From the human T2T-CHM13v2.0 reference genome, Homo sapiens: 64,000 nucleotides of DNA. The position numbers were made by a program, and so were the translations under genes. The notes under the pieces were generated by a model. The model was not told the DNA's origin. It did no database searches and saw nothing but the letters and a program-made list of their open reading frames with translations. Shown piece by piece: positions 39,816 through 56,743 of this stretch. The DNA lies in NCBI RefSeq assembly GCF_009914755.1, contig NC_060928.1, one strand, 5' to 3'. Within the stretch, counting starts at the first letter, position 1, and each line of letters begins with the position of its first letter.

Positions 39816-41270
39816 AAAAGGTTAAGAGAGAGACCTGGATGGAGACTCACAGAGTGTAGTACAAGATCATCTTGGATTCTGACTCTTTTATTTAGTGAGT
39901 TTGAGGATCCAAAGAAGCCAAGATGGGCTTTGGTTATATTTTTTAGTAGAAGAGAATGAGAAGGAGCAGAAAGAAGGAGAAAGGAAGGGCTGAAGGCAGG
40001 AGTTATCCTGAGGGCAGTTGTCCCCGGGGAGCGAGTAGACTGGATATGAATGCAGCTATGCCAACTGAACAAGCTATTCAATGAATCTCATTCCCATTTT
40101 GCACATGGGGAATAGCAGGGGGTATATTACCTTCCTCATACATTGATTGCATGTTCGTGATTATATTTATTTTCTAGGGCCCAATTCTTACCCCAAATGA
40201 TGAAAGAATATCATAGTTGAACAACCAGTAGCATCAAGAAGGGCAATTGGTAATTGAGATATTTCAGCCAGGTCAGAAATGTGGCTTACTCAATTACAAA
40301 GAGGCAAAGCTGCAGTTCTAGAACTGTAGCCAAGTGATCGATGTCCATTTTGTTCATTCCATTTGATCCCTAAGCTGTAAGGGTGCCAGGTGTAAACTTC
40401 CTTCAAATTGCATATTCATGCACACGCTTCTTCTAAGCCGAGGAGATTTTTAGCACTCTCCTTGAGCAACTAAAGGAAGGTTCTGGGGTCATGATACACC
40501 ATGGCCTAGATGCCAGTCAACATCCATGTGCTTGATCTGCCCATCCTGGAAAAAGTAAAGGGCACAAAAAGGCTTCTTGTCACAGCTTTTTTTTTTTTTT
40601 TAAGTTTAAATATGTGTGTATGGGGTCTACTCTTTCAAGTTCATCAAGCCCCACCATTCATTCCCTATTATCTCACATTTTTATATTAGGAGACTGCCCC
40701 CTGAAAATTTGAGCTGTAACCCTTCACATAGGAACTTGAGAGGGAAGTCCACTAATGAATTTCCAGCAATGAGATGTTTTAATCACTACTCCCCACCTAT
40801 TCACTGCCTTTGCAGTTTCATGGTGTGATGGTTAATTTTGTGAGTCAACTTGGCTAGGCTATGGTGCCCAGTTGTTTGTTCAAACACCAGTGTAGACGTT
40901 GCTGTGAAGCTATTTCTTAGATGTGATTAATATTTAAATCAGTAGATTTTGACTAAAGCAGATGATGCTTCATAATGTGGGTGGGCCTCATCCAATCAGC
41001 TGAAGGCCTTAATAACAAAGACTAGGGTTTCCTGAACAAGAAGAAATTATGCCTCAAGACTGCACCATAAAAAGCCTGCCTGAGTTTCCAGCCTATTGCC
41101 CTGTGGAATTTAGTTTTAAGACTACAACATCAACTCTTACCCGGATCTCTCGCCTGCCAGCCTGCCCTACGGATTTCAAACTTGCCAGTTCCCAGAAGCT
41201 TGTGAGACATTTCCTTAAAATAAATCTCTCTTGCTTTCTCTCTCTCTCTCTACGGATACATATGTATATA

Positions 41271-42773
<1,503 letters not shown>

Positions 42774-44751
42774 TATCTATATATCTATATCTATATCTAT
42801 ATATACACACACACATAGTTGATTCTGTTTTTCTATAGAGCTCTGACTAATACACATCATAAAGCTGTAGTCATTGGGAACAGCTTCTTGACAGATACAG
42901 GAGAAAAAAAATGTTTTTAACAGGTAGTAAGCATCTAGGTTGTTGCGGGTACTGCCCTGGGTGAGCTGATTTAATCGTCACAACTTCTTAAATTAGATAC
43001 ACATATTGTGCTGATGTTACAGATGAGAAAACCATGGTTCAGGGCTCTAGCCATTTGGGTCCTATAGTTAGACATATCTTGGTTCAAAACCTGTCACTTC
43101 AATGAACAGACTCTGTTGATGATTGGTAGTCCATTCTAGGCAACACTGGGTGTCTGAGGAATGGGGGAAAAGGTGCATCCATAGAGTTTCTGTGCTGATG
43201 GAGCTCACAAGAGTCGAGCAAGGCTTTGAGCTGGTTTCTGGTAAGAAGAACAAGGACAGGTGAGAAGGTCCTAGTAGGTTGCCGTTGCCCCACTGTGGCA
43301 TGCTCTCTTTTCCCCCACCTGAGTCATACTGGAGTTTGAGCTGCCAGTGAAGACACAGTGGGTCTTGTTATCTATCATTTGGCCATAGTACAATCTCTCT
43401 CCTGATCTGGGTTGTTTCAATGAACGCATGCCTTGCTATCTTGCAGGAAGCTTCATTTGCTGGGAAGCAGACACTGATGATAAGGCATGATTGCAAACCC
43501 TATTCAGAGATTGTAATCCTATAAAGTACAGTATCTCCTTGTGCCTTTGCATGCCAGGAAACACAACCCACTGAATTTGGAGGCTGTTTTTGTCTTGCCT
43601 GGCAATATGTCTGTAGCACAAAGTTAGGGAAATGGCTCAAATAGAAGACAAGCTTCTATTCTGAAGCAGCTGCAGCATTAGGGACCTTGCTCAGAGGGTC
43701 CTATACATCTTGTCAGTGCCTCCCATTTATGGTGTTTTCAGCCACAATCCTGGACAATGAGTCCAGGGACAGCCAGCTGAATAGGACTGAGGGCTTGGCT
43801 GTGTGATTCAGATTTGAGCCCTAACTATTTTATCAACTCATTGTGTCACTGAACTAAATCACTTAACCATTCATAACTATAAGCCCTGGTTATTGAATCT
43901 GTAAAATCAGAGGGTGAGGCTGTTTCATGTTGTCCATGGTGGATAATCATGAAAAATATCCTGAGCAATTTACTGTACCTGTGTTAAACAGAGAGGAATA
44001 AGAGTGCTGAATCATTAGCAGCTGAAAATCTAGTAGAAGAGTCCCAAAAAATCCATGTACTTGGAGAGATGTGCATATGTAACATGACATGAGAACTTGG
44101 AGTGTCCTGTGCTTACCAAAGCCTCTTGATCTTCCTCCCGGACCCCTGCAAGAATTCCTCCATTGATCTCCTTGACACTAATCCCTTTCCACTCAAAGAT
44201 CTTTTACAATTTTATCTTAGTTATCATTTCAACTCTTCAATTTTGTTTTGCAACCTACAGTCCACGCAAACTGAACTTCCTGCTCAGCTGAAATACAGCA
44301 ACTTGAGATGCAGATTGCTCATGCAGTCTCCTCGGCCTGCTAGGCCCATTCCCTCTCTTCTCCTCCTCTTCTCCCATCTCTACATCTTCCAACTCTCCTT
44401 GGTCTTCTGGTACCAGCACAGATGCCATCCTTTCCAATAATCTTTCCCAAATGTGTCTAGGTGGATGTAACATGTTTCCTCTGTGAACTAGAATGATGCT
44501 TGCTCTCTCCTTAGTGAACAACAGCTGTGTTTTCTGAGCCCCCAGCTTCGTCTCGAACCTTTTGCCTCTCCTTTTGCATCCTTGTTGACTATTCCTAAAA
44601 GGCTCTGTGTCTGGGTCATGGGAACCAACTCCTTAACAATGACGAAAATTCTTTACTGAACTGTGTTGAAATCGGGAAGAAAACCCTCATGTTATTCTGA
44701 AGTCAACTATGCATTAAGTAGCCTCTGTGGGCTGGGGATTGCATTAGGCCT

Positions 44752-45085
44752 TGTCTGAGTCAGTTCGGGCTGCTATAACAAATTACCATAGGCTGGGGGG
44801 CTTGAATAGCAAACATTTATCCCTCATAGTTCTGTAGGCTGAAAAGTCCAAAATCAAGCTACCCTTAGAACTGGCGTCTGGTGAGAGCCTGTTTCCTGAT
44901 TTGCAGAGAGCTGTTTCCCTGTGGTATCCTCACGTGGCCAAAAAAATCATCTCTCTTACACTTCTTCTTAGAAGAGCACTAATCTCATTCATGAGGGCCT
45001 CAAGGGCCCCACTTAACAATACCATCATTGGTAGTTGGAATTTTGACGTAGGAACTTAAAGGACACAAACATTCAGTTCATAACA
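44752..45085 (-). mobile_element. MLT1A/MST-like MaLR solo LTR
   Basis: tgtctgagtcagttcgggctgctataac...cattcagttcataaca; perfect 5-bp TSD ggcct. Confidence 0.85.
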
Positions 45086-46031
45086 GGCCTGGGTCACGTT
45101 AAACAAGACAGGATAGGTGCTGCCCTCGTGAAGCTGACAGCCAAGTGAGTGGGAACCAAGCCAATGAGCAAGGGGCTCTCATCCCCCCTGCTTCTCTTTT
45201 CCCCATACTCCTACCTTTATTTACTCCTGATTTGAATGGCTGCCTGGTTTCAGGACAGTCTACCTGGCTCTGGCCCTATTTTCCCTTGGTACTCAGCTCT
45301 AACAGCTGCCTGTTGGGTTCATACTTAGTCAGAACTCCTTATTGGTCAGGAGGTAGCCCATTCTCTGATCTCCTTCCAGTCCCTGGGGTCCACCTGGGCT
45401 GCATTCCTGTCTTCTAGCTTCTTCTGACTCACAGTAAGGCCCTCGGTTCTCCATTGAAATGGATCAGACTTTGGTTTTCAGTGACTGCCACCTGCACAGT
45501 CATCATTTGCATGCATAACTTCTACCAAAACTCTGGATTTCCTGACATTAGGGACCACCTGTCAAGACCCTCACACAGAAGAGCAGCAGAGGAAATATTT
45601 GTGCATGAGAAGATCCAAGACTCCTGGAGGCAGGAATGCCTCAAGGGAATAACTAATTCTTGTTTACTGAGGCAGAAAAGGGCTTCAGACTGTTCTAGAA
45701 TAGACCAGCACTGCCGATGGGTTGCAGGTGCAAAGTGGAGGGTGGCATTTGATTTTAGCTCCTTCTTTTGCCAGAGTTGTAGTCTCAAAGAATCTCAAAG
45801 CATGAAGCTGGGTGGAAAAATATATATCATCTGCTTGAACCCGCTAATTTTACAAATGAGGAAAATGAGATCCTATGAAGTGAAATCATCTGTCCAAGCT
45901 AACCAGATGCTGAGAGAGAGAAGGTTCCACTGCAGCTTCTGGCTCCATGTGAGGTGATCCGGGTCCCTTCTATTTGGCCTTGACTTCCCTAGTACTCGTT
46001 TTCTAATTAAGCCTCGTTATGTGCCTTTTAA

Positions 46032-46339
<308 letters not shown>

Positions 46340-46766
46340 CGTTTTTTTTTTTTCTTTTTAATCTTCTTGGGGAGAGAAAAAGAGAAAGACAAAAAAAGCT
46401 GATCTAATTTAGAAAACAAGAAAATAATCCTGAATCTTTGATGCCCAGGTTTCCAGAAAACCCATAAAAGCTTTTTCCCCCCTCTTCTTTTTGGTTTAAA
46501 TTTTGATTCAGCAAGAGGAAATAAATGAACCTAGACAAAGAGAGGCCTTACATCTCATTTTTCAAATGCTTTCTCCTTTTTTTCTCTGTCTCGACTGTCA
46601 AGAGATGTAGCTTTTAATAGACCATCAATGTATGTAATGAGCAAATAAAATAACAACAGTGAATTACCCCTTTTATAGGTCCATAGACGTGTTCCTGGTG
46701 GTTTAATTTATAGGTGGTCATGCCTGAAAGATTCTGGATGCGTGATAGAAAACAACATAAAAAAGC

Positions 46767-46767
<1 letters not shown>

Positions 46768-46803
<36 letters not shown>
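46768..46803. repeat. (AC)18 microsatellite
   Basis: Uninterrupted dinucleotide run. Confidence 0.95.
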
Positions 46804-46805
<2 letters not shown>

Positions 46806-46885
46806 ATGAATCCTCAAAATAAAAACTTGATTTGTACCTGGTAAGTAGACACCCCATAAATAGCCTGAGTAAAAAAGACATAATG

Positions 46886-47498
<613 letters not shown>

Positions 47499-48977
47499 AT
47501 GTAGTGGACCTTCTTCTGCAGTCTGCAGGAAAGCTGGGAGGGGCCTCCCGTGAGTGCCAGAGGGGCTTCTAGAGAAGGAGCCCCCCAGGAAAATAGCCTT
47601 TCCTCTATCTCCTGGTGCCACACTTTATGATCCCAGCAGGTCCACAAAAAAGAAGGGAAAACAAGGTAGGGGAGGGAAATGAGAAGACAGAGTGAGGCCC
47701 AATGATGTGCTGCTCCTGGGGGTGGCTCCTGCCTTCTGTCCTCTGAGAATCTCCAGCACCCTCTCCCCTTCCTTTCCTCCACTTCTTACTTCCTCCAATC
47801 CATTCACTGTGTTGCGGCCAGGATCCTCATTGTAAAATCTGGCATTCCTAATGCCTGTAGTCACAGTCCATCTTTGGAACATGACTCACCGGCCCTCCAT
47901 GGTCTGGTCCCTGACAATCCACTCTCTCCCTACAGCCCCGATTCTGCCCCCAAAGAGCAGCCATCATGAACAATTGGCCAAATCTCTGTCTGTAAACAGT
48001 AAACACAGCATGTCACAGCCAGTATTCCCACAATGTCTACAATGAAAAGGTGCATAGGTGAACATGGGATTCATGCTTTCTTGTTCCAGACCCATCTCTC
48101 ATTTGATCCTCTCAGTAACCAAGTGTTGAGAGAGCTGAAGAAACCTACCCACATCTCTCAGCGAAAAAAATGACATTTATTTTATTTCCATATTCCCAGC
48201 TCTTAGAATGGGGCCCCGCCCACAGGAAGAGTTCAATACAGATTGGTGTGAAGTGACAGAAATGAGCTTTTGTACAAGGTCTGCCCAACATCATGGTCCT
48301 GAGAAAGACACCTGAGTTTGAAGTCATTCCCCAAAAGACAATGGACACATTGGCCTGTGAAAGATCCCACGTCCAAAGTGTCTTGCTGAGAGTGTGTCAG
48401 CCACTTTTCTCAATTATTCCTGTTGACAACATTTCAGGTTAAGCCATATTTCTACTTTACAGATTGGGAGGAAAAGCCCAGGGAGGCAAAGTATATTGTT
48501 TGCAGCTGCACAACAGTAAACACCTGAATGGCATTCAGTATCAGGCCTATCTGACCCAAAGACTGTTTCTTTCCACTGCGTCATGCTGGGTTTCATGGAA
48601 ATGGAGAGTGGCTGGAATCCTAGATTTACCCCATGGCTTATCTACTGCCCTTGGTACACAGTTGATTTCCCATGCTGATGAGCTCTGGGGTGTGGCAGAT
48701 CTATCTTATCATGTTGTCTAGAGACATGGGTTTTCAAAGCACTTATCAAAAGATAATCAAACCCAGGAAGCCAGGGTTGGAGTCAATCATTATATCTCAT
48801 CTGTGTTCCCCAGGGACTGTTTAATAGCAGCATTTGGCATCGAAGGTGTTTAGGTTTTGCTACATATTGAGAATATTGTAAGAATTAAATGAGATAATGC
48901 ATGCAAAATGCTTACAACCATGCTTGGAATAGAACAAGTCCTCAGTAAGTATTTAGGCTAGAAATTTTTACCAAAAT

Positions 48978-49715
48978 GAATTCAACAACACATTTATTTT
49001 TTTCTTAGTGCTCAATGTGGGCCGAGAATTACTCTCAGTGCTCAAGATATATCAGTGAACAAAATAAAGAAGATGGCTAATTCCTATGGAACAAAGCAGA
49101 AAAGGATCTCTATCCATGGAACAGAGAAGGACAACAATAACAGTAAACAGAATGAATCAGGAATGGGTATAGCATGTTAGCAGGTGATAAGGTGCTCTGG
49201 AAGGACTGTAGAGCAGGTGGGGGAATCAGAGTGCTGGGTGGGGTGGGCAGGTGGGTATGAATAGTCCTTGGGGTGGTCAAGGTGAGCCTTGCTGGAAAGA
49301 TGGGAACAGGGAAAAGGCACTGGGCACATCAGCTGTGGGATAACTGCAGGAAAAGTTCAAAGGCAGGAATGTGGCTAAGTAGTTGAATCAAGGTAATGAG
49401 GTCCACATGGCTGAACTGGAATGCCTGCAGGGATGGATGGGGAAGATGGTCCAAGAGCCTTTTGGGAGAATCAAGGCAGATGTGACAATACCCTGTCTGT
49501 AGTCATTGAGAGGCACTAGACTTAGGCCATGGCTATGAAGCCATGTCAGGGTCTCAGACACAGGAACACAAAGATAACAATTATGACTCAATAGGATCTC
49601 TCTGTCTTCTGGCTAGAGAATAGGTATGTCATTGAGGGATAAAGTGGAAGCAGAGAGACCCTTTGGGAAGCTATTGCCACAACCCCAGCAGGAGATGGAA
49701 CAGGGTGGGAGCAGG
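48978..49715 (-). mobile_element. L2 fragment
   Basis: attcaacaacacatttatt...cagtgaacaaaa...gggaagctattgc; limits approximate. Confidence 0.6.
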
Positions 49716-50524
49716 GGAGGTGTTACTCTCTTTGTAGTAGCTGAGACTTCACCCACAGAATTAATCTCTCCTGAATGTCTGCTCTTTTGGAAACCATTAA
49801 AAAAGCAAGCCCACTTTGTATGTTTTCCCTTGTTCCATCCTGAATAGTTCATCTGACTCTGTGGCTTTGTCTTTGACAACCTGCAGGATAGGTTCTGTCT
49901 CACCTGGAGAATGTGCTTAAGATTCCAGAGGAAGCAGGGAGCCAGGTGCTGACCAAGGACCCTGAATGCCCAGGCCACCCTCAGTGGCAACCACCATACC
50001 AACTGGAGATTGAGAGAGCAACATCGGACTCATAGTGTGCCTGCCCTCTCCACATTGAAATTTCTCCAGCTGTAATATAGGAATTTAGATTATTTGGGCT
50101 CTGAGAGTCTTCTGGCTCAAACTCCAGTAAATGTAGTGATTAAATTCTCCTCCCCTGGCAGATGTCTGGGTGAGATGTCTGCATGGAGCCTGCTGGTAGG
50201 AAATTTCTGTGGGATGTTAGACATCTTGTGTGTATGGTAACTAGCACGTTGATGAGTGGCTCAAATAATGGTAAACACTGTCATTACAGAGATGCCAGGT
50301 GACCTGGATATGTTAGATTTATCCACATAGAGCCCTGGTTCCCTTAAGTAAGGCTGAGTTTTCATCCTTGGTTCTACAGATATCTATGATGCCGTTGTTT
50401 CTCCAGGAACTCTCCTCCGCAGACTTAGGCTCTTCTAGAAGGTTGAATATCATGGACATTAAGAGTGTGGGATTTGGAATTGGCTAACTGGCCAGATCTG
50501 TTTTTCAGCCTGAGAATTCCCATT

Positions 50525-50680
50525 TCTTGCTAGTCAAAGTGTGGTTCCCAGACCAGCAGCATCTCCCAAGGGCTGGTTAGGCAGGCAGAATCCCAGACAC
50601 CACCCCAGCCCCACTGAACCGAAATCTGCATTGTAATAAGAGGCCACGGGATCTGTGTGCACATTCAAGTTGGAGGAAGT
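50525..50680. mobile_element. MER5-family hAT fossil
   Basis: tcaaagtgtggttcccagaccagcagcatc...aatctgcatt...gcacattcaagtt. Confidence 0.65.
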
Positions 50681-50890
50681 TGATGTGATCCCTCTGGGAT
50701 TTATTTCTCTTATCTGCAATACAGTTGATGACAGCATGTCACAGAATTGTTGTAAGGATCAAAAAATCAATACATAAAGAGCCTTGTTGTGATTGTTTCC
50801 TATGAGTACCCACTCTCCTAATCACAGAGGTCATCTGGTTGCTATCAGTTCTGGGTGCACTAATAACAGAGATTAGAAGAGCAAAGAAGG

Positions 50891-51555
50891 GGCTGGGTGC
50901 GGCGGCTCACACCTGTAATCCCAGCACTTTGGGAGGTCTAAGAAGGGAAGATCACTTTAGGCCAGGTGTTCGAGACCAGCCTGGCCAACATAGCAAAACG
51001 CCATCTCTACTAAAAATACAAAAATTAGTCACTCATGGTGGTGCATACTTGTAATTCCAGTCACTCAGGTGACTGAAGCAGGAGAATTGCTTGGACCCAG
51101 AAGGTGGAGGTCGGCAGTGACCCGAGTTTGTGTCACTTCACTCCAGCCTGAGCAACAGGGTGAGACTCTTAAAAAACAAGAAAGAGGCTGGGCGCGGTGG
51201 CTTATGCCTGTAATCCCAGCACTTTGGGAGGCCAAGACGGGCAGATCACCTGAGGCCAGGAGTTCGAAACCAGCCAGGCCAACATGGCAAAACCCTGTCT
51301 CTACTAAAAAATACACAAATTAGCCAGGCATGGTGGCACATGCCTATAATCCCAGATACTTGGGATTGGAAGGAGGAAGGAGAATCGCTTGAAGGAGGGA
51401 GGAGGGAGGAAAGAGAATAGCTTGAATCTGGGAGGCGGAGGTTGCAGTAAGCAGAGGTCGTGCCGCCGCACTCCAGCCTGGGCAACGGAGTAAGACTCTG
51501 TCTCAAAAAACAAAACAAAACAAAACAAAACAACAAGAAAGAAAAAAAATGAAAA
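50891..51555 (+). mobile_element. Two tandem AluS copies (50891-51185 and 51186-about 51540)
   Basis: Outer TSD agaagagcaaagaag (50875, 51556); inner repeat aacaagaaaga. Confidence 0.9.
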
Positions 51556-51914
51556 AGAAGAGCAAAGAAGAGCCAGTAGAGTTCTCCATGCACCTGCTCC
51601 AGGTATAGACCCCAGGACTTTTGAGGGGCAGATGAGGATGCGAGCTCATAGTTTCTGAGTAAGTATGCTGTCTTGTCATAGTCCTGGTTACTTTACCTGT
51701 CTTTACAGTGGTGCTATGATGAAGGTAAAATAACCTTGATTTACAAATAATGAAATGACTCTCTAAGGTCAAAGATTTTTCCAAGGTCAACTAGTCAATG
51801 GTAGTGTTCTGGTAAAGCCTGAAACATTTTCATAAAAAGTCAATAACAAAGGAGGCATTCAATGTCAGACCTGCATGGAGAGGAAGAAGAAGAGCAGAGG
51901 GAATATTGAGTTAT

Positions 51915-52858
51915 CAGTGGTGTGCTGAAGCTGGCTTATGCTCCCCAGCAGAGCTGCTTTCTGTATTAAAGTTTCAGGAATTTTGCACTCCAGTTGTTAA
52001 ACAGTCATTATTAAAAATTAAATTATATAAAATTATAATTGACAAAATTAGACTAAAAGCAAAAATAATGAATATACAAAATACATGAATTTCTAATTAT
52101 TTTACTACATTTCGTGATTACCTATGGTCTTGATGTTATCTACATCTATTTTATCTGAATGGTGGAAATATGCTGCTGTTCATCTCTTCACCACCCTCAA
52201 TTTAGTGAAGTAATATTTGCAGCTGGACGTTGGCCATAGTGGGAGTACTTACACCACAGAAATTGGCACATGCTACAAATCGGGGTTTACTTTATTGCTT
52301 TGTGGACACATTAGACTTAAGAAGATAATGGAGGAAATGTTAATAAAGCAGATTTAACTTAACAGTATGCTGTGTCAATATCTATAACATTGCAAATAGC
52401 ACAAAATAGGACATATTCTTCCAATATTGAAAAGTATTATCTGATTCAACAAAGAAGCTGCCCACATCTCTGAAGAACAAGTAAAGTCCTCATATTTCTT
52501 TGTTGTTCCACTTTTGTTTTACTCATTAATACAAAGGAAAATAGCAGCAATATTGATGTTAGAACTATACTAATTTGTCAGTTGCAACCATAGATTTGCT
52601 AAAGATATGAGAGTTCAGCAAAAATCAATGAAATCATTCTATGAGAAGGAACTGACTATATGGAATTTATAATGAAGAGTACTGCATATTTCATTATTAT
52701 TTGTAAATTATGTACTATACAACTTTTATACCAGTAACATTTATAATAAAGTTGTGTGTGTATATATGTGTGTATACATATATATATATATATATATATA
52801 CGCATTTTTTTTCTAGAGAATTGTTCAACATTTACTAAAATTTGCCAGAACACCACTG
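51915..52858. mobile_element. MER63-family (hAT-Blackjack) fossil, 944 bp
   Basis: TIRs cagtggtgtgctg / cagaacaccactg; AT-rich body with (TA)n; no TSD recognised. Confidence 0.75.
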
Positions 52859-53944
52859 GCTAACCCACCTTAAAGCATTGCCATTTATAATGTCTGTGGT
52901 AGAACGAACTCAGCTTGGGGGTCAAATATAGCTAGTACATGGCACACCTAGGATGAAACTCTGGGCTTCTGGCCTGACAATGATTTTACTGCTCTGATCC
53001 ACATGCTTCTTATCTTTAAAGTGGGAACAGTATTAGTGTCTTAGTTGTACTGTGAGAGTGAGTGCACAATATAAGTTAATGCTACTATCCTTTCAAGAAT
53101 AGCAACACAAAAGAAACAAAAATCCCATAGAACTTCCTCACCTCCCTCTCTTTCCTCCCCTCCCCATCCCAATGCATACATATATGAATTAAGAAACCTC
53201 CTTATCCCTTGCTTAATATGCTAATGTCTTCAATATTTGTTTATCTGTTCTCTAAGTTCAACTCTCCAGCATCTATTGTTTATAGCTGGAGATATGAAAC
53301 TGGAGATGATCCAAGTTCAATCTTCCTTTTATCTTCTCCCCCAAAAGAATATTTGTTAATAGGATTGATGTGTGCAAAAGGGGAGAAAAAAATTCCAAAA
53401 TCCCCTTACGAACTACCATGTGATATGTAACTGTAAGGTATGGATTTCTCACCAGTGGGACTATGAGCTGCTCATTGGAAATTTCTACTTCTGTCATTTT
53501 CTGTACTAGACACTTGGTAGTTATGCAAAACTCTCTGATAAATTAAATGGCAATGAAATAATAGTCAATTTTTGCTCAGAACATTAAAAATAAAGGCTTT
53601 AGCTAGTGATCCATGAGCCAAGCCAGACTTTTGAAGCTTATGGTTTGATTTTCAGTATCTCTACTGTTATTTTGTTTTATTTGTACCATATAGCCAGAAA
53701 AGACTGAAAAAGACGGAAAAAGAGTTTGTTACTTCTTTGGCAGGCTCATTTTGTGGTTCCAACTCTGCGCTTTTCTACTATGAGTGTAATCAGGAGAGAA
53801 AAAACAGCTTTGTTTGCTTTTGTTTTTGATTTTCATCCTGGGCTGTAGGGAAAGATGTGGAGGCATGTTCCTTACATCTGAATCACTAGTGTTTTAGTTG
53901 GGGAGCAAAGAGGAAATGAGCTTCTACAAAAGAATCAAGATTCT

Positions 53945-54955
53945 GGAGATGGTTTCTTAAAAAGTTGAACATATGACCCAGTAATACCACTCTTAGGTAT
54001 CTACCAAAGAGAAATAAAAATGTATGTTCACACAAAGACTTACACACGAACATTCTTAGTAGTATTATCCATAAGAGCCTCAGACGGAAAACAACCCAAA
54101 TGCCTATAAATTGGTGAGTAGATAGACAAAATGTATACTCATGCAATGGAATATTATTTAGCAATAAAAATGGATAAACTGTTACACGCGCTACATCAAC
54201 TAACCTCAAAAATATCATGATAAGTGAAAGAAGCCAGACACAAGAAAATACCTATTGACTGATTTCATTTAGGTGAAATAATCCAGAAAAGGCAAATCTG
54301 TAGAGAAAAAAGTAGATTAGTAATTGCCTGGGGAAGTGGGTGGGGGACTGGGATCAACCATAAATGGGTATAAGAAATCTTATTAGGTTGATGGAAATCT
54401 TCCGAAACTGATTTATAGTGAGAGTCACACTAGTTGGTGAATTTACTAAAGAATCATTGAATAGTATACTTTAAAATGGGTGAATTATATGACATGTAAA
54501 ATATGCTGTTTTAGTTTATTCTTGCACTGCTATAAAGAAATACCTTAGACTGGGTAATTTATAAAGAAATGAGGTTTAATTGGCTCACGGTTCTGCAGGC
54601 TGTACGGGAAGCATAGCTGCTTCTGCTTCTGGGGAGGCCTCAGGAAACTTACAATCATGGCAGAAAGTGAAGCAGAAGCAGGCACATCTTCCACGGCAGA
54701 AGCAGGAGCAGGAAAGAAAGGAGGAAGGTGCTGTACACTTTTAAACAACCATATCTCACAATAACTCACTCAGTCACGGTTATGTTATGAGAACAGCATC
54801 AAGGGGATGGTGCTAACTCATTCGTGAGGACTCTGGCCCCTGGATCCAATCACGTCCCACCAGGCCCCACTTCCAGCACTGGGCATTACAACTGGACCTG
54901 AGATTTGGGTGAAGACACAGATCCAAACCATATTGTATGCCTAAATAAATTTATA
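53945..54955 (+). mobile_element. Old L1M 3' end interrupted by MSTA
   Basis: caatggaatattatttagcaataaaa, agtgaaagaagccagacacaa, ends aataaa after the LTR. Confidence 0.8.
54507..54935 (-). mobile_element. MSTA-like MaLR solo LTR, 429 bp
   Basis: cttgcactgctataaagaaatacc...ggcctcaggaaacttacaatcatggcag...cagatccaaaccata; perfect TSD tatgc. Confidence 0.88.
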
Positions 54956-55783
54956 TCTAAAAGAAGGTTCAGGAGAAAAGTACATGTTGTCAGCATTCTT
55001 TTAGCCTTGATCAATCATCAATGAGTGTCTCAGGCTCTGTCTTTGACCACAGAAAATCAGTGAGTAGCTCTGTGTTCTACACTGCCAGTTGCACAGTTCC
55101 GCTGAAACTTGGTAACACATTAGTCCTTCTGGAGCTATACTTGCAGGTAGGCGAACACCCATGGACCAAGTGCTGTAATTCAAGCTAACAATGCCTAGCT
55201 ATCTCCAAAGGCAATCGCTGGAGCCTTTTCACGCTAAATTAGAGGTAAGCATTGTAATCACCGGCTAGGAAAATAAACTCACTCTGGTTTCAGGAGCTTT
55301 GTGTTTTTAAACCGGTCAGACTCCTTGAACTGCTGCCAGCAAACCATGAATATACATCAATGGGAGACAGATGGCGCCTTTGGGACTGTGTTTTGGTAAT
55401 AATGATGTGGTTAACCTTGTTCGAAATAAAATGAAATGTTATGAGCTACCATCTCTCCCAAAGCACCTTGGCTGCTCTCTGTGTGGCAATGACTTCACTA
55501 ATTAAGTGTTGGAATTAGCTTCATTTCTGCAGGAAACATAGGTGTGTTTGTGTGTGCAGGAGGGGTTGGGGTGGAAAAAGAAAAAAAAGGAAAATAAATA
55601 AAAGGGAAAGGAAAAGGGACATTCAGTAAATGAATGGGTTGGAATAGATCTCTCTGATCTTCAAAAGACAGAATTAAACAAACAGCAACAAATAGAAAGG
55701 CGGTCAGCATGGTGTGCTATGTGATCCACACAGGCTCTCAAGTAGTCTTTCCAGTATCGTGTGGAGCTGGCATTCCTATTTAT

Positions 55784-55908
55784 ATTTTACAGATGAAGAA
55801 ACTGAGGCTAAGGAGGGTAAAAACTCTATCCCAGTCACCAAGAGGTAAGAGGCTGCTACAGGCCAGACTCTTCTGCTTGGCTCAAAGCCCGGGGCGTTTT
55901 CCCATAAT
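55784..55908 (-). mobile_element. MIR, copy A of a near-identical pair
   Basis: attttacagatgaagaaactgaggct core. Confidence 0.75.
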
Positions 55909-56743
55909 ACTCTGTGTTAATCGCTGGTGGGTTTCAATGGTACAGAAAGAGGGAACCTCAATCACCAACCCCTGTTTTCTTTTCACAGAAGAATGTGAGA
56001 AATCTGTAGACTGGATAGTCCCTTCCTTTCTCTGCTCTTCACGGCCAAGTGAGAAATTCTGCGCATCAAGAAAAGGGGAGAGAACTGAGCATGCGTCTCC
56101 TCTTAGACGCATCCTCCTCCCTTTCCTCAGAGCCTAAGCACTCACATCTCCTCGTTGTGAAAATGAAGGATTTGAATCTGGAAACGGGAAGCTGTGCACT
56201 CCAATCACATGATCCGTAGTAGCCGTAACTAACTTCGTTCCCGAGATGCACCATTTTACTAGCAGGCTGTTGCTTCATTTGGAACCCATTGCTTTGTCCT
56301 TTTCAGAGAGGTTTTGTCACCCAGAGGATCCATGTCAACACCAATGCCAGAAACCCACCTATCCTAAAGTCACCTCACTCAGGCACTGACTTAACTGTCA
56401 AACAATCGTCACTGATTTTATCTAAGCCACTCAGTAGGACTCCCTCTAACCAAACTGTCCCATCCCCTTGCATTTTTCTTTAAAGGTGCCATTCATTCCT
56501 CCAAGAGCATGCAGCATCTCATATCCGTAAGGTTTCTCATGCCTAGGCTGCAGGGCTCCCTGACACTTCCAGAGGCAATTTGTTCTTACTCTGCTCTCAA
56601 AACCGAGACCCAGTTCTGCCTTCTTTAGCGTGGGGTGCCTGCCTGCACCTGTTCTATGGCTCCTAATTCTCCTGGTGCTCTGTGTTTACTTCTCTTATAA
56701 TGTTGACAGTACAGTGATGTAACTTCTGGCTTGCTTGACTGCC

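Noticed and set aside
45454-45957. 167-aa plus-strand ORF
   Set aside because: No family resemblance; 3' part runs into MIR-like sequence.
55360-55380. CTCF-like cagatggcgc
   Set aside because: Lacks the conserved CC at the 5' end of the core.
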